In this document: positions 18,154-27,137 of the stretch, one piece after another | How positions within the stretch are numbered: position 1 is the stretch's first letter | Layout: each line of letters begins with the position of its first letter | Source of the DNA: Methanotrichaceae archaeon | GTDB lineage: Archaea > Halobacteriota > Methanosarcinia > Methanotrichales > Methanotrichaceae | Direction of reading: 5' to 3' | Assembly (NCBI GenBank): GCA_963754945.1 | Contig: CAVWIG010000033.1 | Span: 1 to 49,895 of the forward strand | Length of the DNA: 49,895 bases | The notes under the pieces: model-generated | Database searches by the model: none | Told to the model about the DNA's origin: nothing | Seen by the model: only the letters and a program-made list of their open reading frames with translations | Program-made: the position numbers and the translations under genes

Positions 18154-18609
18154 GTGTTTGGAGGAATCTCAATAAAAGTAAATAAACTGATTGTGGCCGT
18201 TTTGGGGCTTAGTTTGCTCTTTATCGGCTGTGGCTCTGCAATAGATCATCCTATGGCTTACGAAGACGCTAACTACGGCGAAGGGTCTAGCTATGGACAT
18301 CACGATGACCACAACTTGAATCACGATGATCAAGGCTGGAATCATAATGGTCGTGACTGGCTCTCAGGCGGATATAACTGGTATCCTTCAACGTATTATT
18401 CCAACTATTACACACCCCTGTACACCTACACATACTACCCGACATACTATTACACCGAACCCGTGTACTACAACATGCCGGTCGTGTATCATAACTCGGA
18501 CATTGATCCCTGGTGGGGAGCAAACATCTACGGCTTCGGAAGCAACTACTACTACTCCAGCAGTTACAACTGGGGCTACAATAGCGGCTACGGCTTCGGA
18601 TATCCGTAA
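18154..18609 (+). CDS. Secreted Tyr/Gly/Asn/His-rich low-complexity protein
   Basis: Signal peptide KVNKLIVAVLGLSLLFIGCGSA; His-Asp patch; Tyr-rich tail with consistent TAC/AAC codon use. Confidence 0.7.
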   Translation: MFGGISIKVNKLIVAVLGLSLLFIGCGSAIDHPMAYEDANYGEGSSYGHHDDHNLNHDDQGWNHNGRDWLSGGYNWYPSTYYSNYYTPLYTYTYYPTYYYTEPVYYNMPVVYHNSDIDPWWGANIYGFGSNYYYSSSYNWGYNSGYGFGYP

Positions 18610-19048
18610 ACCAGTAGAAGGACAACTCAGGACAATACATATCATAGGCCTCAAAGAGGAGCATCGGCTTCCGCTGGTACCAGATAGGTTAGCGCGATGG
18701 AAGCTTAGATATGGCGTTGGTCAACACCATGTGTCGAAACTAAACTATGTGGTTAATACCGCATCAATTATTTGATACCGTAGTAGCCTTGCTCGACTCA
18801 AAGCGGCGTTTGCGTAACCTGAATGGGGAGCAATCCTTCATCTATCGTTTTTCGGTTCGGGTTGAATATTATTATCGTAATACTTCTATTGTTGTTAAAT
18901 ACCATACCTTTAATTCTGCTATAGCGCTGCGCAACCCGACTTAGAATAGAGGGCGAACTATCTCAATTGAGACGGGCACATTTTTAAAAGCATGTGTTAT
19001 AAAGCAAGAACCACAATCACCAGATGCTATCGTGGCTTCAAGTGCATC

Positions 19049-19495
19049 CTAACGCCCTTTTCTTGTGTCTCTCAAAAGCAGCACTGCCTCCTCAGCCGTT
19101 TTGGCTGTGACAACCCCTGGAATCGCCCAGCTATGAAGACTGATGACCTTTTTTCCCATCTTCAGCGCCAGGGCCATCTCTGAAAGGGTTCCGTATTCTC
19201 CAGGTAGGGCGATCACAGAATCTGAGCTCTTGACAATGATGACGTTTCTGGCATGCCCCATCCCAGTGGCTATGGCTATGCTCACCCACGGGTTGGCCCC
19301 ATCTTTCTCGCCGGGCAGTATACCAACGGCTGCTCCCCCACTATCTCTCGCCCCGTTGCATACCGCTTCCATCACTCCGCCTAGACCACCGCAGATGAGC
19401 GTGTGTCCTTCTTCGGCCAGCTTTTTCCCTAGCTCATAGGCCATCTTGCGGACATCATCGCCGCACTTTGCACCACCTATCACAGCTACCTGCAT
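19049..19495 (-). CDS. TIGR00725 / LOG-family nucleotide-binding protein
   Basis: MQVAVIGG, CGGLGGVMEA, TGMGHARN, PGEYGTLSE. Confidence 0.9.
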   Translation of the reverse strand: MQVAVIGGAKCGDDVRKMAYELGKKLAEEGHTLICGGLGGVMEAVCNGARDSGGAAVGILPGEKDGANPWVSIAIATGMGHARNVIIVKSSDSVIALPGEYGTLSEMALALKMGKKVISLHSWAIPGVVTAKTAEEAVLLLRDTRKGR

Positions 19496-19583
19496 TATAC
19501 CTCCCTCATCGAACGGCAATAGACGAGATCTCTTATCGTCTTTTACCGCAAGCTATTCATACACCGCTTAGGACTTATTTCTT

Positions 19584-22427
19584 GTGAACGTCTTCAACCG
19601 GCTCAATCCTCAGATCAGAGCCATGCTGGCAGATCAGTCCATAACAGAGCCTACACCACCCCAAGAGCAGGCCATCCCCAGGATTCTGGACGGAGAGCAT
19701 GTGTTGCTGATTGCACCAACTGGAACCGGTAAGACCGAGGCAGCATCCCTGCCTACAATGCACAAGATCCTGGCGGAGAAGAACTCTGAGAAATCTGAAA
19801 AGGGTTCGGGAACGCGAGCTGTTTACATCACACCCCTTCGGGCATTGAACAGAGACATGCTGAGGCGCTTTAACGAATGGGGAGACAGGCTTAGGATCTC
19901 CATAGCCGTAAGGCACGGAGACACCACCCAGAGCGATCGGAGAAAGCAGTCTCTCCGTCCGCCTGACTTGCTGATCACCACTCCAGAAACGCTGCAGGTG
20001 ATGCTTACGGGCAAGCGTCTTCGGCATAACCTCACCACCGTCAGAACCGTTGTTGTGGACGAGGTTCACGAGCTGGCAACATCCAAGAGAGGATCGCAGC
20101 TCTCTGTGCTCCTGGAGCGGTTGGTGGAGCTTGCCGGAGAGTTCCAGAGGATCGGCTTATCCGCGACGGTTGGCTCGCCAGAGGAGGTCGCAAAGCTACT
20201 TGCAGGCAGCAGCAGGCGGTGCGAGATAGTCCAAGCGGACGTAGAGCGGTTCACAGAGTTCCGGGTGATCAGTCCACAGCCAAACCGGGCTGATTATGCT
20301 CTGGCCGGCCAACTGCAATGCGAGCCGAGGCTGGCCGCCCATATAAGGTGGATCAGGGATAAGGTCCGCTCCAAGAAATGTCTTATCTTCGTCAATACCA
20401 GACAAGCGGCAGAGGTTCTTGGCTCACGTTTCCGCCAGCTGGGCGAGCCCATCGGCATCCATCACGGCAGCCTGTCCGTTGAGTCCAGGATCGAGGCGGA
20501 GGAGGCCTTCAAGGATGGCTCTCTTCAGGGGCTGATCTGTACCTCTTCCATGGAGCTCGGGATAGACATCGGCGACGTGGACCACGTCATCCAGTACAGC
20601 TCGCCGCGGCAAGTGGCCCGCCTCCTCCAGCGAGTTGGACGCTCTGGTCACGGCATCGGCAGGATCGCCTCTGGCACAATAATATGCACCGGTCCGGACG
20701 ACATCGCAGAAGCCTGTGCAATCACGAGGCGGGCAGTAGAAGCGTCCCTCGAGGAGATCGAGATCCACCACAAGCCCATGGACGTTTTGGCCAACCAGCT
20801 CGTCGGCCTGGAGCTGGACTTCGGGGACATCTCCATGGAAAAGGCCCTACAGATCGTTTCCAGATCCTATCCCTTCAGGGATCTAACGCTCCAGGAGCTG
20901 GAGGAGGTTGCTTCCCAGATAGAAGAGCACCGCCTGACCAGGCTGTACAACGGCCAGCTTCAGAGGACCCGCAAGGCCCGGCAGTACTACTACGAGAACC
21001 TCTCAATGATACCGGACGAGAAGAGGTTCAAGATCTACGACATAGTGGGCAGGAAGGCTATCGGGACGCTGGATGAGGCCTTCGTCATCAACTTCGCAAA
21101 GCCTGGCGCCACATTCGTTGCCAAGGGAGAGATCTGGGAGGTGACTGAGATCGATGAGGATGAGATAAAGGTCGTCCCCATTCAGCGGAGCGGCGAGATC
21201 CCGACCTGGAGCGGCGAGGAGATACCAGTTCCTTTCGATGTGGCCCAGGAGGTGGGCCGGATCAGAAACCAGATCGGAAAGCTCCTGGAAGACCCGGGAG
21301 CTGAAGCAAAAGACATAGGCCTGGGAGAGCAAGCGGCGACGAGATTCCTGACCGACACATATCCCATCGACCTTGAGGCAGCATCGGAGCTGGTCGAACT
21401 TATCAAGAGACAGACGGACGACAACCTGCCAGTTCCGGACCACTCCCAGATTGTAATCGAGGCAGACGGGCCATCGGCCGTCATAAACTCTTGCATGGGA
21501 CATAAGATCAACGACACCATTGGAAGGGTGATAACAGCCTTGCTATCGGCCAAGTTCGGCTCAAGCGTTGCCATGGAAATAGACCCCTACAGGATAGAGC
21601 TGGCACTGCCAAAGAGGATGCTGCCAGAGGAGATCGCCAACATGATCTCAACGCTTGACCCAGCCCACATAGAGCCAATCCTCGAGATGACCCTTAAGAA
21701 CACTACTCTGCTGCGGTGGAAGATGGTGCACGTGGCCAGGAAGTTCGGGGCGCTATCCAGGGATATAGATTACCAGAGGATCAGCATGGCCAAGCTGCTC
21801 GGAGTATTCGATGGAACTCCAATGTACCGCGAAGCTCTCCGAGAGATCTATCACGACCGCCTTGATCTGAAAAGGGCTAATCAGGTTCTGGAAAAGATCG
21901 GCCAGGGACAGATATCTGTCATAACGAGCGGCCCAAGCCCGATAGGCGCTAGCGGCAGAGGCGGCGGCTGGGACGTCACATCTCCTGAGCACGCCGACGC
22001 TGCCGTGATCGAGTTGCTCAAGTCCAGGATCATGAGCGACAGGGTCATTCTTTTCTGTGTCAACTGCAAGAAATGGAAGTCGCTGAGGGAGGTGGGCCGG
22101 GTACCTGAGCAGCCGGAATGCCCTCTGTGCGGCTCTAGAATGGTAGCCGCCCTCAAGCCCTGGGAGGAAGAGGAGATCAAAATAGTCAAGAAGCCGGAGA
22201 AGAGCAAGAATGCAGAGGAACGCCGCCGCACGAAAAGGGTCTTTAGAAACGCCAACCTTGTGCTCAGCTATGGCAAAACGGCAGCTATTGCTCTGGCCAG
22301 TAGGGGCTTGGGGCCGGAGACGGCCTCTAGAGTTGTGGGAAAGCTGCAAAGGGATGAGCTGGAGTTCTATAGGGATATTCTGAAGGCTGAGCGGGAGTAT
22401 GCCAGGACAAAGAGGTTCTGGGGCTGA
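19584..22427 (+). CDS. lhr: Lhr-like SF2 DEAD/DEAH helicase with C-terminal zinc finger
   Basis: APTGTGKT, DEVH, SAT, HHGSL, QRVGRSGH; CVNC...CPLC. Confidence 0.93.
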   Translation: MNVFNRLNPQIRAMLADQSITEPTPPQEQAIPRILDGEHVLLIAPTGTGKTEAASLPTMHKILAEKNSEKSEKGSGTRAVYITPLRALNRDMLRRFNEWGDRLRISIAVRHGDTTQSDRRKQSLRPPDLLITTPETLQVMLTGKRLRHNLTTVRTVVVDEVHELATSKRGSQLSVLLERLVELAGEFQRIGLSATVGSPEEVAKLLAGSSRRCEIVQADVERFTEFRVISPQPNRADYALAGQLQCEPRLAAHIRWIRDKVRSKKCLIFVNTRQAAEVLGSRFRQLGEPIGIHHGSLSVESRIEAEEAFKDGSLQGLICTSSMELGIDIGDVDHVIQYSSPRQVARLLQRVGRSGHGIGRIASGTIICTGPDDIAEACAITRRAVEASLEEIEIHHKPMDVLANQLVGLELDFGDISMEKALQIVSRSYPFRDLTLQELEEVASQIEEHRLTRLYNGQLQRTRKARQYYYENLSMIPDEKRFKIYDIVGRKAIGTLDEAFVINFAKPGATFVAKGEIWEVTEIDEDEIKVVPIQRSGEIPTWSGEEIPVPFDVAQEVGRIRNQIGKLLEDPGAEAKDIGLGEQAATRFLTDTYPIDLEAASELVELIKRQTDDNLPVPDHSQIVIEADGPSAVINSCMGHKINDTIGRVITALLSAKFGSSVAMEIDPYRIELALPKRMLPEEIANMISTLDPAHIEPILEMTLKNTTLLRWKMVHVARKFGALSRDIDYQRISMAKLLGVFDGTPMYREALREIYHDRLDLKRANQVLEKIGQGQISVITSGPSPIGASGRGGGWDVTSPEHADAAVIELLKSRIMSDRVILFCVNCKKWKSLREVGRVPEQPECPLCGSRMVAALKPWEEEEIKIVKKPEKSKNAEERRRTKRVFRNANLVLSYGKTAAIALASRGLGPETASRVVGKLQRDELEFYRDILKAEREYARTKRFWG

Positions 22428-22487
22428 TCCATAGCCTACCGAAATAGTTAAGATTTGTAGATATCCTTATGTTTAAAGGAGATCTCT

Positions 22488-22706
22488 ATGGATGCCAAAG
22501 AAGCTGCCCTTGTGGCCAAGAAATATTTCGCGGAGACTAAGTCAACAACGTACTTCCTATTCGATGCACCTAATGTAAGAAGGATGAACGGCCAATGGAA
22601 GGTTGATTGTGAGATCAAAGAGCTTTTCGAGCAGCGTGTCCAGAAGTTTGAATTAACTATCGATGATGATGACGGAGCCATCCTCGATGTCAAACGGTTG
22701 GATTAA
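22488..22706 (+). CDS. Small hypothetical protein, putative antitoxin
   Basis: 72 aa with GGAG RBS; overlaps the PIN gene; helix plus beta-meander pattern (WKV...FELTIDDDDGAIL). Confidence 0.65.
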   Translation: MDAKEAALVAKKYFAETKSTTYFLFDAPNVRRMNGQWKVDCEIKELFEQRVQKFELTIDDDDGAILDVKRLD

Positions 22707-23187
22707 AGCGCCTGAGCATCTGGTTATCGATACAGTTCCTCTCCTGCTATTACTAGTTGGGGCGTTCGATCCGGATTATTTACCGAAATTCAAGAGACTA
22801 AGTACGTACGGCTACACTGAAAAAGATTATTACATTCTTCGCAGGTTTATTTTGAGTACAAAGATGGTATTCGTTACTCCTGGAGTTTTATCCGAGATTT
22901 CAAATTTCCTGGAAAACGACAAGCATTTTTCCGAGAGTCTGCACAGAAATCTAGAGTTTCTAGTAAAAATAAGGGAGATATACGTAAATAAAATCAACAT
23001 TCTGACTGCAAACGAAGTATTCGAAATTGCTTTCACAGACACATCCCTCGTCCTCGCTGCTAAAAGCAACAACGGTTGCATTCTAACGAGAGACTTCAAG
23101 TTATGGGGCATCTGTAAGAAAATTGGAGTTGCATCTTTTCATCTCGATCATGTTCTGGCAGAAGGAAACTTAGTTTCAAATCAATAA
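22687..23187 (+). CDS. PIN-domain protein
   Basis: LVIDTVPL, TPGVLSEISN, FTDTSL, LTRDFKL. Confidence 0.8.
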   Translation: MSNGWIKAPEHLVIDTVPLLLLLVGAFDPDYLPKFKRLSTYGYTEKDYYILRRFILSTKMVFVTPGVLSEISNFLENDKHFSESLHRNLEFLVKIREIYVNKINILTANEVFEIAFTDTSLVLAAKSNNGCILTRDFKLWGICKKIGVASFHLDHVLAEGNLVSNQ

Positions 23188-23261
23188 TGAAAGCTTGCCT
23201 CTGCCTTTGACTTGTGAATAAAATCCTCCACTGAGAAAAAAATATGAAGAAAGGCTGAACT

Positions 23262-23996
23262 TCAAGCCTTTCTTCCTACAGGCAAAACCCCAATGGGCGC
23301 TTCTACGTTCGGCAGTCCCAGTAGTTCTTTCGTCTCATTCGCGTTAAATCCTGCCGTGTAGGTAGATGCAAGGTCCAGAGACACGACTTGAAGGAGCAGG
23401 TTTTCCGCGGCCGCTCCAGCTTCGATGTAAACCCATCGGCTCAAATCCGGCCTGGGCATCGGGTCACCAAGCGTCTGATTCTTTGGTGTCTGGTTTCTCG
23501 GCATCTGAATTGCAGGCATCTGATTCGTGCTACTAAGGTCACCTGTAATGACGAATATTGCAGGCGCGGTTTTTATCCAGGCCTCAAAGCCGGCGGTTGC
23601 ATTGTAGTACTCATCGATCTTGCCCTGCGTGATGACTGTCAGGTTGTGACCTTGAGGTGAGTAGTGGTAGACCCCGGAAGGCAAGCCGGTGACGTTACCG
23701 GCCAGGAGATAGACCTGCAGAGGATATCTTGCCATGGCAGAGGGCGCAGTTCGATGGCCTTTGTCGTCAGTTACGCCCTGCGCAGCCCAGAGAAGCTGGG
23801 AGACTTCATCCAATGTCAGGCCCTCTTTCCCGAAGCTGCGAATGGACCGCCTCTCTTCCAGGGCCTTCTCCACGGAGATGCCGCCATCGGTGCGAGGCTC
23901 TGGAAGTTTAATTGCTTTGGATGCGTTGACGTACGAGGGGCTACTATTTTCTGATACGGCCACTGTGGCCACCGCCAGGAGAGCTAATCCAGCTAT
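23262..23996 (-). pseudogene. SagB/ThcOx-type nitroreductase, 5'-truncated by IS5
   Basis: ERRSIRSF, SQLLWAAQG, RTAPSAMARYPL, IEAGAAAENLLL; the frame runs to the IS end as IAGLALLAVATVAV. Confidence 0.8.
23451..23525 (-). repeat. 5 x 15-bp in-frame tandem repeat
   Basis: Encodes NQMPA-IQMPR-NQTPK-NQTLG-DPMPR. Confidence 0.75.
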
Positions 23997-24058
23997 GAGA
24001 GTTTCGAAAAACTAATCAATCGAAATACTTATATACTATTAATACTATAATATAATGC

Positions 24059-24565
24059 ATGAGGACTCTCATTGATTTTGCCATTCGAGCAGAATATGCT
24101 CGAGTAAAAGCCCTCGGAGATGATCTATCCGAGATCGGATCGTTGATCAATTGGGAGCGTTTCAGATTTTTGGAACCATTGATATACAAAAATAAAACTA
24201 GCCGCGGAGGTCGTCCGAACATTGACATCGTGATTATGGTGAAAGCTCTCGTAATTCAGCATTGGTTTGGTCTAACAGATCCAGAACTGGAGCGACAGGT
24301 TGCGGATAGGATCTCTTTTCGTATTTTCCTTGGCACCACTGAAGTAATTCCTGATTTCAGCACAGTTTGGCTATTCCGTGAACGTTTGATTAAGTGCGAC
24401 GTATACGATGATCTTTGGAATGAGCTTCAAAGGCAGCTCGATGAGATGGGGTTTACTGTAAAGAATGGCACTATCCAGGATGCAACCTTCATAACTTCGG
24501 ACCCAGGTCGGAAGAGGAACAAGAAAGACGAGCAAGGCGGGGACAAAAAGGGGTCGTGTATGTGA
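24059..24565 (+). CDS. IS5 transposase, N-terminal part (DUF772-like plus first Asp)
   Basis: GGRPNID, LTDPELE, PDFSTVWLFRERL, IQDATFI. Confidence 0.85.
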   Translation: MRTLIDFAIRAEYARVKALGDDLSEIGSLINWERFRFLEPLIYKNKTSRGGRPNIDIVIMVKALVIQHWFGLTDPELERQVADRISFRIFLGTTEVIPDFSTVWLFRERLIKCDVYDDLWNELQRQLDEMGFTVKNGTIQDATFITSDPGRKRNKKDEQGGDKKGSCM

Positions 24566-24639
24566 GCTACTGAAAAGCGCTAACAAGTGTCCAAATGGAT
24601 ATTTACCGGGAAATCGACCCTTAGCACCTGATTTGGGCA

Positions 24640-25245
24640 ATGATTTTCAGCAATATTCACCCACGACCCAAAAAGGAAGGTCAAGATTCCGAAGCCACCA
24701 GTACGAGCCTGAATCAGGAGTTTGATAAAGAGCTAATTGGTATTTCAAATAATATTATTGATGACAAGGCCAAACCACAGAGACTCGAAGAAGAGCCAAT
24801 AAATGAGGGAAGTTGGGCAAAAAAGGGTGTCAAATCCTTTTTCGGATATAAAGGTCATATCTCAATCGATACCAATTACCACCTTATCAGATATTTTGAG
24901 ACTACAACTGCTTCTGTACACGATAGTCAGGTAGATCTTGGAATTGAAGGGCTACCACGTTACGCCGATAAGGGATATGATGGTGCAAAAACTCGAGGAT
25001 ATGATGCAGCCATGAAAAAAGCTACAAGAGGTCACAAGCTTGGAATCATAGATCTTCTGAGGAATAAGAGAATCAGTAAAACGCGATCGCACATCGAAAG
25101 ATGCTTCGCTGTTATGAAGCGGGGGCATAAGGGAGCACATGTTTATGTAACAACTGTCGCAAGAGCTGGAGTAAAATTCATGATGAATTCGGTCGTTTAC
25201 AACCTGGAACAGTTGAAATATTTAGTGCATAAACAAACAGCCTAG
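24640..25245 (+). CDS. IS5 transposase, C-terminal DDE part
   Basis: WAKKGVKSFFGYKGH, ASVHDSQV, YADKGY, RSHIERCFAVMK. Confidence 0.85.
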   Translation: MIFSNIHPRPKKEGQDSEATSTSLNQEFDKELIGISNNIIDDKAKPQRLEEEPINEGSWAKKGVKSFFGYKGHISIDTNYHLIRYFETTTASVHDSQVDLGIEGLPRYADKGYDGAKTRGYDAAMKKATRGHKLGIIDLLRNKRISKTRSHIERCFAVMKRGHKGAHVYVTTVARAGVKFMMNSVVYNLEQLKYLVHKQTA

Positions 25246-25406
25246 CGGAAGCTCTCTAAAAAAGCGCAAAAATTAGAAACAACAAGGTAAATTGAAATCT
25301 AATAAGCCAATTTAGGGGTGAAATATGCTAAAAAACCACTATAAAGATTGAAAATATTAACGCAAGAATTTAAGGCTTCATTAACCAACACTAAATCGAA
25401 ACCCTC

Positions 25407-26398
25407 ATATTAAGAACCGACTTATGATGAATTAGAAAAGGATTCATCTTTTTGTAGTGTCGTATTTCATGTATCCAGCACAGAGCATGGTGTGACGATA
25501 CATCTATGTACTGCCCGGCATCATCCGAGATAATGGGTAAATCTATCTGCTCCTCATCATTTAGCCCAAAGAAATGTCTGATTGTATCACTTCCTTTGGT
25601 TTGCCTGATAAAGAAAGCACTAAAGAACTTGTTGCAGACAACGTGCAAATAATGGTTATTGCCTTTATGCCTCGCGCCTGTCTCATCAATGTTAAGATAA
25701 TCAGCCCGATTCACACCAGTTTCAAATAAGGCCTGCTTCTCTATCGCATATGCATTGCTCTTTTCCTTGGTCAGTATGTTTGAGATCTCGCCTTCCGAGA
25801 TTATTATGCCGATCTCTTCTAGGATCTTGTGGATCCTATTCTCAGTAACCCTTCCAGCATAGTAGAGGTAAGCGATGAATGCTTTCAGATGACTTCCAAA
25901 TTCCGTGTTCTTAAGGGACTCGGCAAGTTCTGCTTCATAGGTCTTTTTCAGGGACGGCGAATAGTAGCGTTCCAACCAATATTCCACGTTGTCGGTTTCA
26001 AATTTTATGTTCTGCTTTATGACCCGTCTATAGCCGTTATGCTTGGCATCATGTGGAAGAATCGATTTATCAATTTTAATGTATTCTGTCCTGTCGATTT
26101 TTATCTTTGGTTTCTTGCTATCTTTATGCCATTTTTTGGGTTTTTCCTTCGGCACATTAGCCTGGTATTCAGGATTGTCCGGCAGTATTTTAGGACGGCC
26201 TTTCTCACCTTTCATCCGGTTTATTTCATCCTTTAGCTGTTGATTGTCTTTGCGGAGTTCTTGATTTGACTGGGCTAATTGCTCTATTGTGCTTAGAAGC
26301 TGGAGGATCAATTCTTTCATCGCTTCTTTATCGTCGAAGTTGATCTTGTCTACATCGAGGTTGATTATGGCCTCGTGTATGATATCTGGCACAAACAA
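25407..26398 (-). pseudogene. IS66-like transposase, 3'-truncated at the IS5 end
   Basis: N-terminal coiled coil, IDETGAR, ISDDAGQY, HALCWIHEIRHYKKM; the frame runs into the IS5 TIR. Confidence 0.8.
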
Positions 26399-26798
26399 AA
26401 TATTTTAGATATATGTATTAATAATTTTTGGTCCATGCACTCACTCGATTGGGGAATTCAACGTAATATTGAGCAAGTACGAAAAGTCGATATCGGGCAA
26501 TTGTCGATAAATCATTCCAATGTGTACAGAACAACCAGTTAGCTCGAAGAGCATTTAGGTTTTTTTTGTGAGTTGTATAATCCAATGTGAACAAATATCA
26601 AATAGGATACACGCATCTAGCATATGTGCTCCTATCTAGAATATATCATTCCAGTCCACATAAGACCGGGGCAGGATAATGTTAAATCTCAACAAAAAGT
26701 TAATAGGTCTTCATATGTTCTTGGAGTACATCACGGCACATAATGTACGTAATGCATTAAGTGTATTATTGGTACTATAACCATTATCCAAAGTCAAC

Positions 26799-27137
26799 AT
26801 GAAAGCCATTACGATCCAAACCGCCATAGCAGCCGTGAAGGACAAGGGAATCGAAACCGACCTGAAGGTCTACGAAGCAGTAGATAAGCAACCTGGTGAA
26901 AGCGTCTATTCCCTGGCAAAGGCAATGAGCTGGAGCAACGGTAAGACATATGCTGCAGCTAGGCGGCTTGAGCGTGCCGGAATGGTTCACATTGAAAAAG
27001 CCGAGCGAAATGGCCGCTACGTGCTCATTATCAAGCCAAAGACCTGGGAAGAGTACTACACGCCTGAAGAGCTGGCAGAAATGCGGCAGCCCGAGTTTAT
27101 GGATGAGGTCGAAGCCATCGTGAAAAGAGGGACTTGA
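26799..27137 (+). CDS. Winged-helix DNA-binding protein
   Basis: PGESVYSLAKAMSWSNGKTYAAARRLERAGMV. Confidence 0.7.
   Translation: MKAITIQTAIAAVKDKGIETDLKVYEAVDKQPGESVYSLAKAMSWSNGKTYAAARRLERAGMVHIEKAERNGRYVLIIKPKTWEEYYTPEELAEMRQPEFMDEVEAIVKRGT

Larger units (their letters stand above)
23997..25406 (+). mobile_element. IS5-family insertion sequence (copy 2)
   Basis: Imperfect TIR GAG(A/G)GTTTCGA; flanked by TAT and ATA (probable TA target); 3' part matches 1-191. Confidence 0.88.

Noticed and set aside
19575-22349. Many antisense and alternate-frame ORFs in lhr (likewise in cdc48, lonB, tldD)
   Set aside because: Shadow ORFs of GC-rich conserved genes
1-25406. 25-kb composite transposon between the two IS5 copies
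   Set aside because: The interval contains cdc6/oriC and core genes, and the outer left flank is outside the window, so no shared TSD can be shown
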